DNA of 63,300 nucleotides, counting the filler, from Hyphochytrium catenoides (lineage: Eukaryota; Protista; Hyphochytriomycota): NCBI GenBank assembly GCA_900088475.1. It is 9 parts of 9 records of this genome, joined end to end, with 100 filler letters (N's around TTAATTAATTAA, not from the genome) between each part and the next. Parts side by side here need not be neighbours in the genome. Positions count along the whole stretch, not along the records: positions 55,669 to 58,990 come from FLMG01004514.1; positions 59,091 to 61,348 come from FLMG01002607.1; positions 61,449 to 63,300 come from FLMG01000008.1; 6 more parts are not named here. One strand, given 5' to 3'. A program made the position numbers and the translations under genes. Under the pieces are notes generated by a model. It saw nothing but the letters and a program-made list of their open reading frames with translations, made no database searches and was not told the DNA's origin. Of this stretch, positions 56,908 to 63,300 are shown piece by piece; the stretch's first letter is position 1; each line of letters starts with the position of its first letter.

Positions 56908-57672
56908 CTAGGCTGCTGCTGCGGCTACACCTGCTGCGGCTTTTGCGACTCTTACGACTGCCGCCTTGGCTTCTGCTAGGGTTGGTATCATGTCAAAATC
57001 CACATTATTCAAAATATATGCGGGCTGCAGCAGGGGAACCCCGTCAGCCGGCGGAGACCCTGGTCCTCCTTGCCTGGTCATAAGGTCGTGCAGGGCAAGA
57101 ATTTCAGGGTCTTGAAGGTTGGCAAAAGGAGAGGTATTTGGGGCCTCCTGTGGAGAGGCAGCAGCACCTGAAGTGTCATCATCAGGTCTCCCCCGCGCAG
57201 ACGAGGTCGAGGCCCCTTCCCCGGACGGGTCTCCTCTCTGCATTGTCCGCCCTTTGTGAGAAGCGGCAGATCTCCTTTGAAAGAATGCTTCTTTCTGTTT
57301 TGTCCGCTCCTTGTTGGGAAAAGGAGCAGATCTCCTTTGACGAAAAAAGGGTGAAGCTGGCCGGTGAGCACTAGGAACATGCGTTGAATAGGGAAAGCGG
57401 GATTTGAGAATCCTGCCTCGAAGAGAAGGAGAAGAAGAGAAAGCAGAAAAGCGACTACTATTGTCTCTCTCCGCGTTTCCCTTTTCGTGCGTACTGTCAC
57501 CAGTCAGAAAGCGAGACGAGGTCCAGGAGAAGAAGGGGGAAGACGCTGAAGAGAGAGAGAGAGAGTTTTCTTGGGTCGCGACGCTAATGGAGGAGGAAGA
57601 CACCAGAAGAAACAAGACAGAAGAACGTAGGAACAGGAAAAGAAGGAGACAAGAGCAGCGTCTACTATCCAT
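56908..57672 (-). CDS. Putative secreted protein, unknown function
   Basis: 254-aa ORF with hydrophobic N-terminus, RFLT..NAER and SLRGRIL motifs, an internal FF(R)QRRSA duplication and an Ala-rich helical C-terminus. Confidence 0.65.
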   Translation of the reverse strand: MDSRRCSCLLLFLFLRSSVLFLLVSSSSISVATQENSLSLSSASSPFFSWTSSRFLTGDSTHEKGNAERDNSSRFSAFSSSPSLRGRILKSRFPYSTHVPSAHRPASPFFRQRRSAPFPNKERTKQKEAFFQRRSAASHKGRTMQRGDPSGEGASTSSARGRPDDDTSGAAASPQEAPNTSPFANLQDPEILALHDLMTRQGGPGSPPADGVPLLQPAYILNNVDFDMIPTLAEAKAAVVRVAKAAAGVAAAAA

Positions 57673-57986
57673 CTTTCTCTTCCCCTATTACTGAAAGCTT
57701 CTAAGCTTATTCTCACGCAGGAGAAGGGAGAGAGATAGAGTGTTTGAAATAGTAAGATAGCCCGCGTGGGAGAGAGAAAGAGACCTGGCAACACGCACAA
57801 GACAAAGGGTAAAAGCTACGTGAATTGGAGAATGCTGACTGGAAAAGTATGGAGACGAGAAAGAGAAGGTTTCCTCTTCCTGATGGGAAAGGGAGTTGTG
57901 CCGAGAGGTGTAGACGGAGGGCAAACAGGAGAGGCAGATGAGAAAGCACAAAGAGGAAGCAGCAAGGAAGAACGGCAGAGAGAGAG

Positions 57987-58019
<33 letters not shown>

Positions 58020-58639
58020 NNNNNNNNNNNNNNNNNNNNNNNNNNNNNNNNNGAGAGAGAGAGAGAAAGGGGAAGGGGGAGGTGGCTGGGCGAGGGAGAA
58101 AGGGAGAAGAGAGGGAGAAGATAGAGAGAGGGACGTTTGCGAAGAACAGTTTTACTTTATTCTATTCGGGTTTTATTATTAGTGTTGTTCGCTAGTATAA
58201 AGGATTATAGCTACTACTACTAGCTACTAAGAAGTAAAAGAAAGAGTAGAAAAGGAATAAAGGAAGACGGGGAAGAAGAGGAGAAAGAAGAGGGAGAAGG
58301 AGGCGAAAAGAGAAACAAGGAAAGCTGTAACTTGCTGTAATGCCTTGGCAATTAAGACGAGTGGACTATAAAATATTAGACATCACGTGGTACCAGCCGC
58401 AGAGAAACGGAAAAGAAGAAAGACCATCGAAATACAGGAGATAAACGGCGTCGAAGAACGTGATGAAAATTGACCAAAAAATGGCACACGCCCCAGATGC
58501 AGAGAGTAAGACAGAGACAAAACCAGGGAGAATTAGCAAGGACGTTGACGAGACAAAACAGTACTCGTAAAAGTCCCAAGGAGTCTTACTATCAGGGGTG
58601 GGCAATTAGGGGCACTCTCTCAGCATTGGCCATAGGTTC

Positions 58640-58910
58640 ATAACTTTCTGTGAGTTAATTCCAAGGTAAATAATTTTTGTGTTTGTGTCAATTTTCGCTG
58701 GAGTTAATTCTGGCAAGTTATAATTAGTTTCGGTTGTAGTTAAATTGGCAGGTCTTGAGGTGGTCTGGGCAAGGTAAATTCCCGTAAGCGTCGAAAACTA
58801 AAATTAAATTAGAGTTAATTATTTTTAGCCATAATTTTCGGAAATTGACAAAGAAGTTCTCGTCAGCTAAAATACGACCTGTAATTATTAGAGTTAATTC
58901 TACTAGTGTA
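58640..58910. repeat. AT-rich island with repeated GAGTTAATT and CAAGGTAAAT motifs (probable transposon remnant)
   Basis: GAGTTAATT at 58652, 58701, 58812 and 58891; CAAGGTAAAT at 58662 and 58770. Confidence 0.5.
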
Positions 58911-59286
58911 GTTGTAGTTCTAGCTGGCCTTCCTTTTTGTTATCCTGGCAAATGACAATAACGCCCCTTCCTCACTTTAATCATCATCTGNNNNNNNNNN
59001 NNNNNNNNNNNNNNNNNNNNNNNNNNNNNNNNNNTTAATTAATTAANNNNNNNNNNNNNNNNNNNNNNNNNNNNNNNNNNNNNNNNNNNNTAGCCCAGCG
59101 CTGACTACTCCTCTAACGTCTCTCCTAGTGATCTCTCCGTCTCTCTGCGGAATAAGGCGCTCAGCAGGAGTTCATCCTCCTGGGTGCTGACTTTCCTTCT
59201 CCACTTCAGTCTCATCACTCCAACCTTCTTCCTCTCTCTCTCTCTCTCTCCCTCTCCTTTTTCTCTCTCTCTCTTCTTTGTTCAGC

Positions 59287-60570
59287 ATGGACTTCGAGGA
59301 GCAATTCTGGTCTAAGGTAGTGAATGCTCGCCCGGATGCTGAAGGTTGGGTCCTCTTCTACAGCACGGACGTGATGCTCGCTGACCTGGACATCAACCGC
59401 CATGTCAACAACCTTGTGCCGCTTCGCTGGTTCCAGGCATGTCTGTCTGTCTCTCTCTCTCTCGCTCACACTCTCTCTCTCCCTCTCTCACACTCAGTCT
59501 CTCTCTCTCTTTCTCTCCCTCTCTTTGCATTTTGTCACGCGATCCAGTCCGAATAGTTCCGACAGCCATTTCCCTCGTCGCTTTTTCCCAATCGGTCTCT
59601 CCTTCCTCCTGTGCCACCATTGTCCCTCTCTGTCTCCCCTTTGCCTCTCTCTCTCTCTCTCTCTCTTCCCTTACACCGTTCTACTTCCTCTCTATCGCGT
59701 CTCCCAGGAGGCTCGAGTCCATTTCTTCCATGCTGTCATGGCCAAGAGCGCTGAGGCTTTCTTCGCTGTGGTGGGAGAGACAAGCTGCCGGTACCGGAGA
59801 GAGATTTACTTCCCGGATAGAATGGGTGAGTAACGCGGAAGGAAGAAGGATAGAGAAAGGGAGGAGGCAGCAGGGAAAGGGGAGCGGTATCTCTCTCTTG
59901 GGGGCAAAAGTGCTTCGTTGGTGACGTGACAGGAGATACATCGAACGGAGAAAGGGCTCGGGTTCTTGTCTAAAGAGAGAGAGAGAGACGGAGAGAAAGA
60001 GGAGAAAGACAGAAGCACTAGGTGGCCAATAGGTGGCTGGACAGTAGGAGAAAAGCGCAGGGATACGGCGAGCGGAAAGAGAATGAAAGAGAGAGAGCAC
60101 TAGAGCGATAGAGACGGAACATCGTAGAGGCAGGCATCAGCTCCCGCAGTGAAGATCTGTGATAATACGTTAGGATAGACCTCGCTAACCTCCGCGCCTG
60201 TGTCTTCCTTGTATCTCTCTTTCTCTGTCTTTCTCTCTCTCTCTCTCTATGTTTCTTTCCTCCTGTTCCCCGTCCCGCGGTCTGTCCCTTAGACTGTTAC
60301 CTAAGCTTGCACAGCATCAGCCGTACCTCTGTGACCCTGAACTTCAAAGCACAGAGCCAAGCGCAGGGTGGCGCTGTCTGCATCACTGGACAGTGCCGCG
60401 TTGTCTGCGCGGAGGATGGGACGAAGGCTCCTCTGCCGGAGTCTGCAGTGCGAGCCATGAGAGCCGTGTTTGGACGGGAAGGAGAGGAAGAAGGAGGAGA
60501 ACTGCAGGATAAGAAGCCAAGAGAAAAGAGGACAGCAGATCAAGCGTCTCAGATATCGTCAAAGCTTTGA
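59287..60570 (+). CDS. Hot-dog fold acyl-CoA thioesterase (4HBT/YbgC-like), peroxisomal
   Basis: Exons 59287-59436 (GC donor, CAG|GCATGT), 59708-59825 and 60293-60570. Motifs: DLDINRHVNN..WFQEAR, CRYRREIYFPD, ISRTSV. C-terminal SKL is a canonical PTS1. Confidence 0.88.
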
Positions 60571-60873
60571 TAGCTATAGCGCTGAAGCTGTAGGATGAAG
60601 AACTTGTGCGGATTGTTTGCCGTCGCCAGTCCCATTTATTTCTCTCTTACTCTCTCTCTTGCTCTACCTGTGCCAAGTTTCTTCTATCTCGCAGCTCTTT
60701 GGAGGGCTGAACTGCTCTATTGTCCCGAGCTGTTGCCAAGGTTCATTGACCTACTCCTTGCTCTTCCAAGCAAGAAGGAAGAAAGGAAAACAGAGACTGA
60801 GGAAGAAGCGGGAAGACCTTGGCAGCCGAAGCTCCAAATCATGAGAGATTAGAGACNNNNNNNNNNNNNNNNN

Positions 60874-60910
<37 letters not shown>

Positions 60911-61449
60911 TTTTTTTTTGTCCTTTCTGCGCTCGATCCAAGGGCCTCCATCGCTAGTAATCCTAAGTAAAGCTTGAGGCCCTCAAGCGCCTGCCTGGCA
61001 CTGCCTCAAGCAGAAGTGAAGAGAGGAGGCGGTCTCAAGCGTGACATCTGCAAAAAAAAATCTTGAGAATGAGGGTTGAGACTCTAGGATCTCCTTATTT
61101 ATTCGCATACTCTCATAGAGTCTATCCGTATTACCTTATAATGAACTGAGTGACAGTCCGTAGACACTAATGTATCCTTGGGAGAATGAGTCATTGACCT
61201 TTAAGGGCTGGATCATTCAAAGGAATTAGAGGCTGCTGGAATTTGTCGTTTTGTAGAGTGCGAGGCGTTAGCGGTTATCTTTAGTGATTGATTGGACTTG
61301 GGCCTTGTTGTCGTTTCGTTCTGATCCTCTCCCTCCCTCTCTCTCTCTNNNNNNNNNNNNNNNNNNNNNNNNNNNNNNNNNNNNNNNNNNNNTTAATTAA
61401 TTAANNNNNNNNNNNNNNNNNNNNNNNNNNNNNNNNNNNNNNNNNNNNA

Positions 61450-62264
61450 GTCGACCTTCATGACCAGATGCGACTGGCGCGGTATTCTGTTCACCGGGTC
61501 TTCGCGTTCAAGAAGTGGTAAGCTGCTTGGCACATTGTCTGTATGCAGCTTCTTAACTCCAAGCTCGTTTCCTCTACCAGGTACAAGCAAATTTTTCTTG
61601 GTCTCTTTGACCTGGCAACTACAAATGCGTACATCTTCTGGCGGACCAAGTACTCAAAAAAAGGGACGCGCAATCACTTGGATCATGCCGAGTTCCTCAT
61701 CCAGCTATCCCAGGGATTAGTTCGTATGACTCCGCAGCGTCTGTTCAGACAACTTATGCGTAGGACCAGGTCTCGTACGGCAACAAAGATACTGGGAATT
61801 CCCGGTTTATCTCAAGCCCGACAAAGGGAGACCACAGACTCACGCGCAACGAAGTTGCAAGTGATGGCCAGCCCGTGCGGAAGAACTGCGTCCTCTGTTG
61901 GGCAGCGCATAAGAAGCGAGTAAGGACCCGGTTTGGATGCGCTGTTTGTAAAGTGGGACTCTGTCGTGAAGCGAATGACACCACAGGAGCGACCTGTTTC
62001 TTGCTATACCATGACAAGTGAGTCGGCTGTGAAGCGCATGCTGCATCACAGTTTGGACAACACTAGTTCGGTGTTACAAGAAGCTGACACTCTCTCTCTA
62101 TCCTTTGTTGCAGATTTGAATGTCAGAGAAAAAAGATGAAAGACGCTTTGCGGCGTAGACCTTTCGACAGTCCTAGCTCTGATTCCTCTGATGACGACGA
62201 AGGTGAAGTGTATGGAATTCGTAGGTCAGCTAAGAAGAGGATGCGCTTTGAGGAGGAAGTCTAG
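61450..62264 (+). mobile_element. piggyBac-family transposase, C-terminal part (5' cut by scaffold start), spliced
   Basis: Exons 61450-61517, 61581-61719, 61764-62017 and 62114-62264. VDLHDQMRLARYS..KKWYKQIFLGLFDLATTNAYI contains the third catalytic Asp region. Cys-rich domain RKNCVLC..GCAVCKVGLC..CFLLYH; basic NLS-like tail. Confidence 0.88.
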
Positions 62265-62326
62265 ATTAACTGCCAAATCATTATGGTCGTCATGACGGTT
62301 AATTGGAGGAGGATAAGTAATCCACC

Positions 62327-62776
62327 TTATTCAGTGATCAGCGCAAGATATCCCCCTTCCCCTATTACAAAGCATCGTGGACAGACATCTCGTGAGGTAC
62401 AGTGACAATTTTCTGATAGCAGTTCTTTCAGCGGTAATCTGATACAGTCCAATATCTTGCCCTGGTTTCCACGGCCCACATAGCCTTCGGACTTTGCTAG
62501 AATGTGGTAGATTTGGTTCCGTAGACGTCTCGACAGGACTCCTCCGTCCAGATAGATGCCATCGTCCTCCTGCTTGTTACGAATATCGCTCAGAAAGAGC
62601 CCATCCAGGCTTCGAGCCTTTAGATCCTGACAGCATATAAGCCTTCTGGTCTTTCTTTCTCCCTCGGGCAACCCTTGACAAGCAGGAGAGCTCCTTTTAC
62701 GGATCTCCCTCAAAATGGCAGCTCGTAGCTCTCCGATGTTCCATCCTCCAGCTGGCATGTTTTGAACAATGGGCAC
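62327..62776 (-). CDS. Convergent ORF next to the piggyBac transposase, with a possible P2X7-C-terminal/nanor-like motif; upstream exons unresolved
   Basis: RRLRNQIYHILAKSEGYVGRGNQGKILDCIRLPLKELL plus Cys clusters (CC, CHC, CPRC). Its stop codon is 62 bp from the transposase stop. Confidence 0.55.
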   Translation of the reverse strand: MPIVQNMPAGGWNIGELRAAILREIRKRSSPACQGLPEGERKTRRLICCQDLKARSLDGLFLSDIRNKQEDDGIYLDGGVLSRRLRNQIYHILAKSEGYVGRGNQGKILDCIRLPLKELLSENCHCTSRDVCPRCFVIGEGGYLALITE

Positions 62777-63300
62777 TGAGCAATAAGACCATGGTCATCT
62801 CTTCCCTCGCTCCCAGATATTTCTACGGAAAAAGTCTTGTTGACCGATACGGCCGCATGCTGGTTCTCCTGACCCTGTTCTCCGTCGTCCTCGCTCATCA
62901 TCCTTACTCCTTGTACGTCGGCTGGTCTGCTGTGTCCGGGGCGCCCGTCGTGTATGCTCCTCCTCCGCCACACTACTCCTGCCTGCTGATGCTTATTTAT
63001 AAAGCGATTACCTGTCTCCAAAATCAACGAGGACGTCACAACATTATGATCCTCCTTGTGTTCAGAAGGCGAAGAGCTGTCTACGAGAAGAAGGCGAAGA
63101 GCTCTTCCTCAGCGTGACAAGGAAGAATGCACCTCGTTCGGATGAACTCGTTCTTCATTTTTGCTGGCTGCTCCGGCCACTGTCGCTGTTGTTGATGGTG
63201 GTGGGATGGGAGTAATAGCTATAGCCCCAAAGGGTCCAGTTTTTGCAGTTTTGCCCTTGGCCTTCAGGTCAAGGGTCTGAAACGCGAAATTGTGTGTGTG

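Overview
This is eukaryotic nuclear DNA from a draft assembly. The window is nine separate scaffolds joined by artificial N44-TTAATTAATTAA-N44 linkers, so genes on either side of a linker are not genomic neighbours. The gene sequences look protist-like, probably stramenopile or oomycete-related (my inference from the CHD and piggyBac motifs). Intergenic DNA and introns are saturated with (AG)n/(CT)n microsatellites, which produce most of the short ORFs in the track. Genes reconstructed by hand include an intronless cation/H+ antiporter, a spliced PHD + RanBP2-finger + double-chromodomain CHD remodeller, and a glutathione-peroxidase-fold protein lacking its catalytic Cys/Sec. Also present are a 7TM-RGS protein, an MFSD6-like transporter, a PTS1-bearing hot-dog thioesterase with a GC-AG intron, a Ser/Thr kinase, a zinc-finger protein, a membrane protein of unknown function and two secreted RxL..ER proteins. 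A spliced piggyBac transposase sits next to a convergent second ORF. The most notable observations are these. (1) A secreted protein alternates acidic Ala-rich spacers with cationic amphipathic segments, including (KGLKGKLAKL)x5 ending in GKR, like a membrane-active peptide precursor. (2) Two sequence-unrelated non-coding arrays on different scaffolds share one layout: a 13-nt box, an 11-nt variable core, then a short second box. (3) Several introns have an AG-rich 5' part and a CT-rich 3' part. (4) Two MITEs. No database searches were run; all family assignments come from motif recognition.
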